This document shows positions 43,938 through 51,831 of a stretch of DNA of 54,816 nucleotides, piece by piece. The translations under genes and the position numbers were made by a program. The DNA lies in the IMG/VR virus record IMGVR_UViG_3300028883_000312, positions 1 to 54,816 of that record; one strand, 5' to 3'. The stretch comes from a virus. Its lineage: Duplodnaviria; Caudoviricetes. Positions within the stretch are counted from its first letter, which is position 1. Every line of letters begins with the position of its first letter. The notes under the pieces were generated by a model, which did no database searches, was not told the origin of the DNA, and saw only the letters and a list, made by a program, of their open reading frames with translations.

Positions 43938-44230
43938 GGCTTACCCCCATCGACTATCGCCTGTGCGAGTTTCTTTACAATGGGGTGCTTCAATGCCGAG
44001 TCACAAACAAAGTCAGCATTGTCGGCATAGTCATAATGATCATCCAGCCAAGCCTTGAACATACCCGCCAGATGGATGGTGAAATGGTCTGGCCCGTCCA
44101 GGTCTTGCAGGAACTCAACCAGCTCGTTAGGATCAGTCAGGACTTGATAGACAGCCTTATCGAATTTGTCCGACTCTCTGGCTTCATCGTCCATATGGTC
44201 CTGTATTGCTGTTAGGTCTTGGTCTGACAT
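43934..44230 (-). CDS. Acidic hypothetical protein
   Basis: ATGA overlap with the next gene. Confidence 0.55.
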   Translation of the reverse strand: MSDQDLTAIQDHMDDEARESDKFDKAVYQVLTDPNELVEFLQDLDGPDHFTIHLAGMFKAWLDDHYDYADNADFVCDSALKHPIVKKLAQAIVDGGKP

Positions 44231-44466
44231 GATGTCCTATCCTCTTTCAGATGGTTCAGCACTCTACGGGCAGTACATGAAGTACATCCGCAGTTCTTTT
44301 GCTTTTGTTCTAACTCGTTCCATGCAATCGCCGTATCTTCGGTCATTGGACAGCCCGCTATTGCTGACCTGGCCTCTGCCCACAAGTGCTGATCCGTGCA
44401 AGCTTGTGATGCGGCGTATCGCAGAAGTCTTGATACCGTTAGCCCTTCAGTTAAGGTCACACCCAT
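44212..44466 (-). CDS. Hypothetical protein
   Basis: CGCTSC; preceded by family E repeat. Confidence 0.5.
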   Translation of the reverse strand: MGVTLTEGLTVSRLLRYAASQACTDQHLWAEARSAIAGCPMTEDTAIAWNELEQKQKNCGCTSCTARRVLNHLKEDRTSCQTKT

Positions 44467-44486
44467 AGTCTTTAATCCTCACTATT

Positions 44487-44651
44487 TCACCCCAAAAACC
44501 CGTAATTCTCAGCAACCCAAATGCAGAGATGGATGATTTCGTCTCTTGCTTTTAATTCCTCCTCATCGTCTAAGCGCTCGTCCATGTGGTCCATACAGTC
44601 AAGGAGATCGCCCAGGGTGTTTCTAAATCTGCAATAGTCCATGTTAGCCAT
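44487..44651 (-). CDS. Small phage protein (54 aa, MANMDYCRFRNT..DL.DC)
   Basis: Hand-translated; preceded by family E repeat. Confidence 0.55.
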   Translation of the reverse strand: MANMDYCRFRNTLGDLLDCMDHMDERLDDEEELKARDEIIHLCIWVAENYGFLG

Positions 44652-44656
44652 AGTCT

Positions 44657-44911
44657 TTAATCCGCCTTCACGAAAACCCTGTATTGAGCAAATCCGTTAG
44701 TCGGGATTTCTTTAATTTCTCCAAGCTCTACAAGACGATCAACACACGCCAGCATTGCCCACGAATTACCACCCAATGATCTTGTGGCGTGATCCATGTC
44801 AAATGCCCCAGATATTTTAAGCAAGGTCTGCACGTTATCTCTGATTTTGAGAAATAGCTCCTGGCCTTCCTCTGTGAATATTTCGGGTTTCATTGCTTGG
44901 TAGTCGTACAT
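44657..44911 (-). CDS. Hypothetical protein, wHTH-like
   Basis: SWAMLACVDRLVELGEIKEI. Confidence 0.6.
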   Translation of the reverse strand: MYDYQAMKPEIFTEEGQELFLKIRDNVQTLLKISGAFDMDHATRSLGGNSWAMLACVDRLVELGEIKEIPTNGFAQYRVFVKAD

Positions 44912-44913
44912 AA

Positions 44914-45108
44914 TTAATCCGCCTGCTTCTGTAGAAACTTGATCTCATTAAGCACATCACACCGATGACCGCATATCTCATACTGTTCAGTCATGGGATC
45001 GTCTGACTCCCAGCGCTTACAGCAGGTGGCCAGCTTTTCCGCTATTGCGGATAGCCGGTTTTCCAGTTTACGGAAGGCCCAGATTCTTAGTTCGTTGTAT
45101 CGGTTCAT
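44914..45108 (-). CDS. First gene of the early-left arm, hypothetical
   Basis: GAGGA RBS; downstream of the leftward promoter. Confidence 0.5.
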   Translation of the reverse strand: MNRYNELRIWAFRKLENRLSAIAEKLATCCKRWESDDPMTEQYEICGHRCDVLNEIKFLQKQAD

Positions 45109-45165
45109 TTCCTCACCCTCGCGTCATAATCCGGCGACAGCGCCCCACCTGATTTGCATAAACCC

Positions 45166-45256
45166 ATCTTGGCAGAAATAATCCCCCGTGTCAACAGTCG
45201 CACTGTTTAAATTTCACAACAAGGTTGTTGCTTTGTGGATTTGTTCGTGTTATAAA
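45166..45256. promoter_or_regulatory. Divergent early promoters with operator palindromes
   Basis: Left: TTGACA(45194-89)-17-CAAGAT; right: TTGCTT(45228)-17-TATAAA(45251); palindromes AACAGT-CGC-ACTGTT (45193-207) and ACAAC-AAG-GTTGT (45216-28). Confidence 0.6.
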
Positions 45257-45263
45257 AGGATTT

Positions 45264-45494
45264 ATGAGACTAAATGCATATTTGAGAAAAACCAAAACCA
45301 CGCAACGTGAGTTCGCCAACAAAATGGGTGTTAGCCCTGCCCTGGTTAGTGCTTGGGTGCTTGGAACCACTAAGATCACCCCGGAATGGGCAATTAAGAT
45401 CGAGGCCAAGACTGACGGCGTTATATTGCGTGAACAAATTCACCCCAAGTTATACCGTGGGTTTGTGCGAGAAAGTGTACTTCCTCCATCTTAA
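45264..45494 (+). CDS. cro: Cro-like HTH regulator (YdaS type)
   Basis: TQREFANKMGVSPALVSAW...AIKIEAKTDGVILREQIHP. Confidence 0.8.
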   Translation: MRLNAYLRKTKTTQREFANKMGVSPALVSAWVLGTTKITPEWAIKIEAKTDGVILREQIHPKLYRGFVRESVLPPS

Positions 45495-45506
45495 TGATGG
45501 CTTATA

Positions 45507-45543
45507 CCCCGGTTGTGTGGAGATACCAGCCGGGGATTTTTTT
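45507..45543 (+). terminator. Rho-independent terminator after cro
   Basis: CCCCGGTTG...CAGCCGGGG followed by ATTTTTTT. Confidence 0.65.
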
Positions 45544-45551
45544 GGAGGTGA

Positions 45552-45833
45552 TTGATGCATAAATTTAAGATCGGCGATAGGGCGAGGATTATCGGCGCAA
45601 ACCAGGAGTACCAACATTTAATTGGCTTGGAGTGTGAGATTGTGGCCCTTCCTGGCGCAAACAAGCACTTTGCTTCTGCCTATGAAATAGATTTTAAGGG
45701 AAAGCCGCACGCACATACGTATGCCGAGGAAGTTTATCTAGAAAAAATCCTCCCCAAAGAACAAACCTCTACCTGGGAGGAATTCACCAAGCAAACACAA
45801 TGTGGCTGGCTGCCGGAGAAACAAGATGCTTAG
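45552..45833 (+). CDS. KOW/SH3-like small protein
   Basis: KFKIGDRARII; GGAGGTG RBS. Confidence 0.6.
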   Translation: MMHKFKIGDRARIIGANQEYQHLIGLECEIVALPGANKHFASAYEIDFKGKPHAHTYAEEVYLEKILPKEQTSTWEEFTKQTQCGWLPEKQDA

Positions 45834-45930
45834 AGCCCTCATCTGGTGGTCTTGGACCTGGGGCTTTATTAGTTGTCTTGTTGTATTGTGGTTATTCGGG
45901 TTTTTGGGGTGAGCACAGAGGGGCAGAAAC

Positions 45931-46314
45931 ATGACAGATAATACAGAATTGTTGCCTAAGCGATGCAAGCATGAACATGCAGAAGTAAAAAAAGCAGAAG
46001 CGCACTGGGTTGATGTCTATTGTCCACTCTGTAAACAGGGATGGCGTGGATACCCTTATGAGTATAGAACAAAGCGATGCATCAGAAAAGTGAAATGTGA
46101 GGAGTGTGGGTGGCGCAGCAATGAGTCTGAGGTTATGCGGGCACCGAACCCATGGGATGCCGGAGGTTATATAGAAGGCTGCCCAGAATGTAACTCCGTA
46201 AACAGCATGATCTATGTCTGTGACGAGCCGGAGTGCTGGAGCGAGGCAACGTGTGGAACGCCAACACCAGATGGGTATAGAAGGACGTGCGGTAAACACA
46301 TGCCACCATTATGA
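45931..46314 (+). CDS. Cys-rich multi-Zn-finger protein
   Basis: Several CxxC pairs; N-terminus MTDNTELLP shared with the Lar-like gene. Confidence 0.6.
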   Translation: MTDNTELLPKRCKHEHAEVKKAEAHWVDVYCPLCKQGWRGYPYEYRTKRCIRKVKCEECGWRSNESEVMRAPNPWDAGGYIEGCPECNSVNSMIYVCDEPECWSEATCGTPTPDGYRRTCGKHMPPL

Positions 46315-46374
46315 CAACCGTGGCATTAAATAGGAGTTGCGTACCGGTGCAAAATTATGAATAATGATCCTTCC

Positions 46375-46401
46375 GTGTCGGAATCCGACACTATCCGACA
46401 C
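46375..46401. promoter_or_regulatory. TCCGACAC repeats (1 inverted, 2 direct) upstream of the initiator gene
   Basis: GTGTCGGA 46375-82; TCCGACAC 46384-91 and 46394-401. Confidence 0.5.
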
Positions 46402-46411
46402 TGAGGAAACC

Positions 46412-47236
46412 ATGTATTCAAAACTCTACAAGACAATCTTTGACGGCTCGCTCTACGGCCAATTTGAGGGACTAACGGTGTTTATGGCTATGCTGGCACT
46501 CGCAGACCGACACGGAGAGGTAGACGTGGCCCCAGCCAAGATAGCGGGATGTTTGGGATGTGACCTTGAGTTTGTGCTCAAGGGTATTAGTTATCTTGAG
46601 GCGCCAGATCCCCAAAGCCGGACCCCCGCAGAAGAAGGCCGCCGTATCCTCCCTTTATTAAATGATGAAAATGACAGCCGCCCTTTTGGTTGGAAGATCG
46701 TCAATTATGACAAATACCGAGCCATCAGGAATGAGGACGAAAGGCGGGAATATAAGCGTAACTGGGACCGTAAACACCGGACCAAGAAACGACCAAATCC
46801 GACCAAATCCGACCGCGCCCGACCGAAAACGACCTATACAGAAGCAGAAGCAGATGCATATATAAAACATACGTCCAATTCTGACGAATTGAACTTTAGT
46901 GAATTCTGGGATTTGTATCCAAGGAAAGAAAACAAAAAGAAAGCCCTCTCTGCATGGAGAAACTTACCAAAGACAAAGCGCGATAAAGCCCTTGTAGACA
47001 TTGTTACGCGATACAAATACACCGAAAAGCGTTTTGTTCCCCTGGCCACTACTTACATGCACGGAGAACGATGGGAAGACCCACCACCCGAGAAACAAAC
47101 CCAGGCAGGATCACCGCGTAACGACAATGAATTTATTAAATGGGCCGAGTCCAAAGGCATACGCGCTAGGGCTGGTGAGTCAATGGAAGCCTTTAGGCTA
47201 AGAGCCCAAAGAGAGGCTGATAGTGAACTGCGATAA
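46412..47236 (+). CDS. Phage replication initiator / replisome organiser
   Basis: MYSKLY..IFDGSL wHTH N-terminus, GWKIVNYDKYR, FSEFWDLYPRK.NKKKA..AW, TYMHGERWED; start after GAGGA. Confidence 0.75.
   Translation: MYSKLYKTIFDGSLYGQFEGLTVFMAMLALADRHGEVDVAPAKIAGCLGCDLEFVLKGISYLEAPDPQSRTPAEEGRRILPLLNDENDSRPFGWKIVNYDKYRAIRNEDERREYKRNWDRKHRTKKRPNPTKSDRARPKTTYTEAEADAYIKHTSNSDELNFSEFWDLYPRKENKKKALSAWRNLPKTKRDKALVDIVTRYKYTEKRFVPLATTYMHGERWEDPPPEKQTQAGSPRNDNEFIKWAESKGIRARAGESMEAFRLRAQREADSELR
46779..46834 (+). repeat. Iteron-like 10-bp phased CGACC repeats (putative ori)
   Basis: CGACC at 46790, 46800, 46810, 46820 and 46830, GGACC at 46779; in the linker of the initiator. Confidence 0.6.
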
Positions 47237-47393
47237 TTGTGGCCGGCATAATCCGATAAGGAAACAAGTCGGTGTCTAAGGGCACAAGTCCAACGGCTCC
47301 ACACGTCTTAGAGCTACGGCAGAGGGACTCCGTACTAAATGAGATATTACGTTCATTTCCGAACTGTACGTTGTTTAAGTCAGGGAACTTAAA
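47237..47393 (+). ncRNA. Structured intergenic element downstream of the initiator
   Basis: Four consecutive stem-loops (detailed in findings). Confidence 0.35.
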
Positions 47394-47411
47394 ACTAGTG
47401 AGGATTAAGCC

Positions 47412-47639
47412 ATGAAAAAACCACAGTGGAAAATCATACTCAGCATTATGTTATCCGGTCGTTGGTGGACGATCCCACAACTACAGAAAGAGCTAAAACG
47501 GCGTACCGGGGAATATGCCATGGAAACCACCATCTCTGCACGTATCCGTGATCTAAGAAAAAGCGAATACGGCGGCTATCAAGTAGAGCGCCGCTGCGCT
47601 AAAGACAACAAATTGCATCAGTATCGGGTGGTGATGTAA
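47412..47639 (+). CDS. wHTH DNA-binding protein
   Basis: WWTIPQLQ...TISARIRDLRK..YGG..VERR. Confidence 0.65.
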   Translation: MKKPQWKIILSIMLSGRWWTIPQLQKELKRRTGEYAMETTISARIRDLRKSEYGGYQVERRCAKDNKLHQYRVVM

Positions 47640-47896
47640 TGGCTTCCCAAGATTACCACCGGAAATTATCCAAAGAACGCTCCGCCATGATGCGTGAGAA
47701 CTCTGATTTTAAACGTAAGGCCGGGATAAGCTCACCAGAAAAAATCAATAAATACACACAAAGGCCGCCAGCCATGATCCCTTTGTTTTTTCTCTATCCT
47801 CCCAACTATGAGGCAGCAATAGAGAGCACGTTCTCACGTAGGGGGAATTACTACCCTGGCGACCAAGTAAAAAATGGCTGTCAAAGAACATGGTAA
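47639..47896 (+). CDS. Hypothetical protein
   Basis: TAATG overlap. Confidence 0.45.
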   Translation: MASQDYHRKLSKERSAMMRENSDFKRKAGISSPEKINKYTQRPPAMIPLFFLYPPNYEAAIESTFSRRGNYYPGDQVKNGCQRTW

Positions 47897-47944
47897 ATAT
47901 AGCAAAACTTGAGTTACTAATCAGGAGATAGAGAGGGCATAGAC

Positions 47945-48250
47945 ATGAAGATAAAAGTAAAACCAGAAGGCAGAGAGGGAATATGGATAGCCGACAAGGA
48001 AAGCGTTGTGGATTTTTTAATGGAATATGAAGACGATTATATCCATAACATCATACCAAATGGACCAGTCATGATGGGTGCTGACTGGTCTAAAGAGAGT
48101 GTTGTTGAAAAAGTCAGAGAAGCCGAACGGGTTGCAATACTTACGGGTGATTCATATCGCCATAACCTCAGACATGCTTTATCTGTAATTGCTGGCAATG
48201 AGTTATTCATGTTCGACATAGGTGAGATAAGCGATAGCGATCTAGTATAG
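47945..48250 (+). CDS. Hypothetical protein
   Basis: Bounded by family B repeats. Confidence 0.65.
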   Translation: MKIKVKPEGREGIWIADKESVVDFLMEYEDDYIHNIIPNGPVMMGADWSKESVVEKVREAERVAILTGDSYRHNLRHALSVIAGNELFMFDIGEISDSDLV

Positions 48251-48262
48251 AGGGCATAGACT

Positions 48263-48643
48263 ATGGACATATCAGGATTTGAGTTGTATTTTTTATTGAA
48301 ACTGGACGGCGTTAGAAATCTGTTGCTTCTGTTTGGCGCAGTAATAGCGCTTGTTGGCGGCGTTGCTATGTTGATAGCGCCAATGGTTATAAACGACTTT
48401 TCAACAGACGAAGAAGAGCATTACAAGATTTACAGGAAATTCGTGAAAATATACATTTTTATTGTCCCCGCCCTGCTTATATCAGGCACACTACTACCAA
48501 CGACAAAGCAAATGGCGGCTATCTACGTTCTCCCTCCAATCATTAACAACGAGAAAGTCCAGCAAATACCAAGTGACTTATTGGACATCCTTGGGATGGG
48601 GATAGATAAGGCAAAAGAAGCATTGCAACCAGAGAAAGAATGA
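48263..48643 (+). CDS. Membrane protein (2 TM)
   Basis: YFLLKLD...LPTTKQMAAIYVLP; bounded by family B repeats. Confidence 0.65.
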   Translation: MDISGFELYFLLKLDGVRNLLLLFGAVIALVGGVAMLIAPMVINDFSTDEEEHYKIYRKFVKIYIFIVPALLISGTLLPTTKQMAAIYVLPPIINNEKVQQIPSDLLDILGMGIDKAKEALQPEKE

Positions 48644-48656
48644 GAGGACATAGACT

Positions 48657-48983
48657 ATGGTAAGCGAAGAAAGATTAACCAAAGCGCTTAAATACCTTGC
48701 TGAGACAGACGAGGAGTGCGCTAGGGCCAGAGCCTTAGTCAAAGGCTTGGAGGAACAGCGGAAAACTGTCAAAGCCCTAGCTTACCTGGAAGCAGAGGGA
48801 ACCAACACAGACCGACAAGAGAAAGCCTATGCCAGTAGTGAATACACTGAACACATAGCAAGGCTGGAAAATGCTATCGCGGATTACGAACTGTTAGCTA
48901 ACAAGCGTAGTACCGAAGCGTTGATCGTTGAAGTCTGGCGATCAGAAGGGGCAAATCGCAGACGTGGAACGTTAAACGGGTAA
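48657..48983 (+). CDS. UvsY-like helical recombination mediator (tentative)
   Basis: EKAYASSEY...EVWRSEGANRR; helical composition. Confidence 0.5.
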   Translation: MVSEERLTKALKYLAETDEECARARALVKGLEEQRKTVKALAYLEAEGTNTDRQEKAYASSEYTEHIARLENAIADYELLANKRSTEALIVEVWRSEGANRRRGTLNG

Positions 48984-48999
48984 CGGAGAGCAAGAAAAC

Positions 49000-49224
49000 A
49001 TGAGGGATAAAGGCAATATTTATATTCACATAATTGAAGAAGGTGATAGCCATGTTTTAAGCAAGCGCTTAGTTTCTAGTGTGCCGAGGCCGGGTGACGA
49101 GATACGTTTTAGTGTCGAAGGAAAAGAACAATTTTACGAAGTGACGCGTGTTGTATGGGTTTATGATGAGCCTGAACATCCTTTTGATCGGGTGAATATT
49201 GGCGTGAATCAAGTCATGATATAG
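49000..49224 (+). CDS. Hypothetical protein
   Basis: VPRPGDEI...YEVTRVVW. Confidence 0.6.
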   Translation: MRDKGNIYIHIIEEGDSHVLSKRLVSSVPRPGDEIRFSVEGKEQFYEVTRVVWVYDEPEHPFDRVNIGVNQVMI

Positions 49225-49249
49225 GTTAATTACAGCGGGGATATGATCG

Positions 49250-49426
49250 ATGAAATTGCGAATTAGAACTATGCAAGACAAATACGGTTCACGCCAGCAT
49301 GTCTTATTTACTGACGAGTCAGGGATTGCGAAACCTTTAGTTGTGCTTGATACCATCGCCATCGATGAATTTATAAAAATGTATTACGACGAACAGAAGG
49401 CAATGGATAAGATTGTTAAGGGTTAA
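49250..49426 (+). CDS. Small hypothetical protein (58 aa)
   Basis: Hand-translated MKLRIRTMQDKYG... Confidence 0.4.
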   Translation: MKLRIRTMQDKYGSRQHVLFTDESGIAKPLVVLDTIAIDEFIKMYYDEQKAMDKIVKG

Positions 49427-49458
49427 TTGGAGCGATGGCTATTGAGTAAGGAATCACT

Positions 49459-49665
49459 ATGAGTATTTTAGAAAAACTTGGGTATGACGAAGGTCGAATT
49501 ATAAACGTGACCCTATCAGAAGATAAAAAGACGGTTGAGCTTGAGGAAGCCTGCGATGAGTTCTTTTATGTTGATTTGAACAAAGATGACTTTGCTAAAT
49601 TTATTGATGAATTAAAAGCAATACATAGTCAAATGGTTGATGGAGGCGAGGGGATAGATAACTAA
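49459..49665 (+). CDS. Acidic hypothetical protein
   Basis: AAGGA RBS. Confidence 0.55.
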   Translation: MSILEKLGYDEGRIINVTLSEDKKTVELEEACDEFFYVDLNKDDFAKFIDELKAIHSQMVDGGEGIDN

Positions 49666-49931
49666 TGGCTGACGTTATCAACATTGATGAACAGCGCCCA
49701 CATTTAACAGGTGAGGCACGTTGTGTAGCTTGTGGCCATACTTGGGTGGCGGTTGCGCCTGTCGGCACTAAAGAGCTGGAATGTCCAGAGTGTTTAACAG
49801 AGAAGGGGCTTTATAGATACAACGTTGTACCTAACGGAAAGATCTGGGAATGTGATTGCGGGTGCGATTTATTCTTTGTTTTACCTACAGGGTTCCAGTG
49901 TTACCAGTGTGGGACAGAACAGAGGTTTTAG
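49665..49931 (+). CDS. Double Zn-ribbon protein
   Basis: CVACGH..W..ECPEC...CDCG...CYQCG. Confidence 0.65.
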   Translation: MADVINIDEQRPHLTGEARCVACGHTWVAVAPVGTKELECPECLTEKGLYRYNVVPNGKIWECDCGCDLFFVLPTGFQCYQCGTEQRF

Positions 49932-49953
49932 GCAACTAACGAGCAGCGGGGAT

Positions 49954-50175
49954 ATGACAATGTTTTCAGTAAGACAAAAGAGAGAAATAGCCGATAAGGT
50001 GCAGCAAATTTTAAGAGAAACGGGGCATCCTGAATTGCCAGAGGGAGAAATAATATTCAACTTACATGTGGATGGAGCAGAAGCTTGGTCTTGGGCAGAC
50101 ATTCGTAATAATGGAGCTGTGGAAAATCCAGAGGTAAATCCATGGAATGAAAAACAAGACCATAAAAATCTTTAG
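49954..50175 (+). CDS. Hypothetical protein
   Basis: MFSVRQKREIA...HPELP; between family C repeats. Confidence 0.6.
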   Translation: MTMFSVRQKREIADKVQQILRETGHPELPEGEIIFNLHVDGAEAWSWADIRNNGAVENPEVNPWNEKQDHKNL

Positions 50176-50233
50176 TGGCGTGGTTAATTGGTCGGAGGAC
50201 TATAGGTAACTAACGAGCAGCGGGGGTATAGAT

Positions 50234-50425
50234 ATGAGCCACATAGAAAGGTTAGACCTACAGCCAGAAGTTTTGGAGTTATTGGTTAAGATTGTTGAGC
50301 AAAACAGGATCATCTTGGAGCAGAATGGGGCGCTGATTGAAACATTAGCGTCCCCGCCTACTCTTGTGTCTAGAGACTATGTGCATGGTCCAGATGATCG
50401 CGGTTTTGGGCCTATCGCTAGGTAA
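50234..50425 (+). CDS. Hypothetical protein
   Basis: Follows a family C repeat. Confidence 0.5.
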   Translation: MSHIERLDLQPEVLELLVKIVEQNRIILEQNGALIETLASPPTLVSRDYVHGPDDRGFGPIAR

Positions 50426-50450
50426 TGCCATTAAAACGAGACAAGATACT

Positions 50451-50771
50451 ATGAGCTTCTTCAAAGAACCTAGATTCAAAAGCAAAGCCTATACTGACTG
50501 GGTCTGTACCCTTAACTGTGTTGTCTGCGGTGGTAATGGCAGCCCGGTTAATCAGATTGTACCCCACCACATTAAAGGCGTTGGAGGGTTAGGTGGAGCA
50601 GGGCTTAAAGCGCCGGACAACTATACTATGCCCATGCATGTCACTTGTCACACTAATTGGCATGGTGACTCCCATATCAACCAAGATTTATTGGAGAACC
50701 AATGGGAATGGACGGCGAGAACACAAGCCGCTGCTATTGTTGCCATAGCCAATGGAGAGCTGAAACTGTGA
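50451..50771 (+). CDS. DUF968/Ref-like HNH-type Zn nuclease
   Basis: SKAYTDWV..L.CVVCG...PHHI...GLKAPD..TMPM..TCH. Confidence 0.7.
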   Translation: MSFFKEPRFKSKAYTDWVCTLNCVVCGGNGSPVNQIVPHHIKGVGGLGGAGLKAPDNYTMPMHVTCHTNWHGDSHINQDLLENQWEWTARTQAAAIVAIANGELKL

Positions 50772-50995
50772 CTATAATTGACCAGATTGTATCAAAGATT
50801 GATAACTTCTATCGCCACTACGGGAAACCCCCTAAATATTTATATCTAGGGTACGAAGATATGGATGAGTTTAAAAGAGAAACTGACTATTTGATTGTAG
50901 GCACAACGAAGCCGGAAGAAAGACGTAGTTTTCATGGATTGCTGATTTATGAGGTAGATGCTGAACATCATATAAATGTTTCGATGGAGAGCTGA
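50768..50995 (+). CDS. Hypothetical protein
   Basis: GTG start inside a family D repeat. Confidence 0.55.
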   Translation: MTIIDQIVSKIDNFYRHYGKPPKYLYLGYEDMDEFKRETDYLIVGTTKPEERRSFHGLLIYEVDAEHHINVSMES

Positions 50996-50999
50996 AACT

Positions 51000-51188
51000 G
51001 TGAAAGAAGATGATTATATTATTGCAACGAATAGGGTCAAAGTAACAGAGGCTATAAATCTGCTTCGCGAAACGTTGTCAGGGGAGAAGTGGGGAATCAG
51101 CGATAAAGCTAAAAGTGACATGATAGGGAAGCTATGCGCCATAGAAGATAAGCTATTTTCTATGATAGAAATTGATGCAGGGGGCTGA
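51000..51188 (+). CDS. Hypothetical protein
   Basis: GTG start inside a family D repeat. Confidence 0.55.
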   Translation: MKEDDYIIATNRVKVTEAINLLRETLSGEKWGISDKAKSDMIGKLCAIEDKLFSMIEIDAGG

Positions 51189-51192
51189 AACT

Positions 51193-51543
51193 GTGATTAG
51201 CCCAACAGTAAACAGCAAAAAGCTACTTGAAAAAGAGGGCTATGCTGTGGGCATTACTGAGAAATGGAACCCTCATGTAAAAATTAGGCAGGACTTATTT
51301 AATTTTGTAGACCTACTAGCCATACATGAATCATTAGGGGCAGTAGGCATACAGACCACCACACAGGCGCACATCAGCGAGAGGATTAAAAAAGCCATAA
51401 ACTGTGAACACTTCAAAACATGGCTCAAGGCAGGACTTAAGGTTGAGTTTCACGGCTGGCACAAGAAAAAGAATAGATGGGAAGTGGACAGGCGCGAAGC
51501 CCATCTGATAGACGATAAAGTCAACGTTTCACGTATTCCATGA
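51193..51543 (+). CDS. PD-(D/E)xK-type nuclease (resolvase-like)
   Basis: LLEKEGYAV...DLFNFVDLLAI...GIQTT...EFHGW. Confidence 0.6.
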   Translation: MISPTVNSKKLLEKEGYAVGITEKWNPHVKIRQDLFNFVDLLAIHESLGAVGIQTTTQAHISERIKKAINCEHFKTWLKAGLKVEFHGWHKKKNRWEVDRREAHLIDDKVNVSRIP

Positions 51544-51821
51544 AAGCGACAATACAAAAAGACGTTCTTAAAATGCTGAACAACCATCCAGAGGTTGCTT
51601 GGGCTATTGATTTTAGATCAGAGCTATCAAGCATTATCGGTCAAATGATAGATGGTAGATTACTCGCGATTGAAGTCAAACAACCAGGAAAAGAACCAAC
51701 ATCAGAACAATATGAGTTCCTGGCCAAGGTCAATGCTAATCGTGGCATAGGGTTTTGGGTTTACTCACCAGTCCAGGTTGATCAGATTATGTCAAAGCTG
51801 GACATATTGGCAGCAGTATAG
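51540..51821 (+). CDS. VRR-NUC-like nuclease (short, possibly degenerate)
   Basis: GRLLAIEVKQPGKEPTSEQYEFL; the usual G-x-P-D motif is replaced by ELSS. Confidence 0.6.
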   Translation: MKATIQKDVLKMLNNHPEVAWAIDFRSELSSIIGQMIDGRLLAIEVKQPGKEPTSEQYEFLAKVNANRGIGFWVYSPVQVDQIMSKLDILAAV

Positions 51822-51831
51822 GAGGTAGATA

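Larger units (their letters stand above)
44464..44924 (-). repeat. Gene-junction repeat family E (GGATTAA(AGAC)TATG, 3 copies)
   Basis: CATAGTCTTTAATCC at 44464-78 and 44649-63; TTAATCCGCCT at 44657-67 and 44914-24. Confidence 0.7.
47932..48660 (+). repeat. Gene-junction repeat family B (AGAGG(G/A)CATAGAC(T)ATG, 3 copies)
   Basis: Copies at 47932-47, 48249-65 and 48643-59, each ending in a start codon. Confidence 0.8.
49222..50225 (+). repeat. Gene-junction repeat family C (TAGG(C/T)AACTAACGAGCAGCGGGG)
   Basis: 49929-51 and 50203-25 are 22/23 identical; partial CAGCGGGGATATGA near 49233. Confidence 0.7.
50752..51196 (+). repeat. Gene-junction repeat family D (ATGGAGAGCTGAAACTGTGA, 3 copies)
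   Basis: Identical 20-mers at 50752-71 and 50984-51003; GCTGAAACTGTGA at 51184-96; each supplies a GTG start. Confidence 0.85.

Noticed and set aside
49222-50225. Integron attC sites (TAAC after stop codons)
   Set aside because: No paired RYYYAAC/GTTRRRY boxes with an internal palindrome, and no IntI
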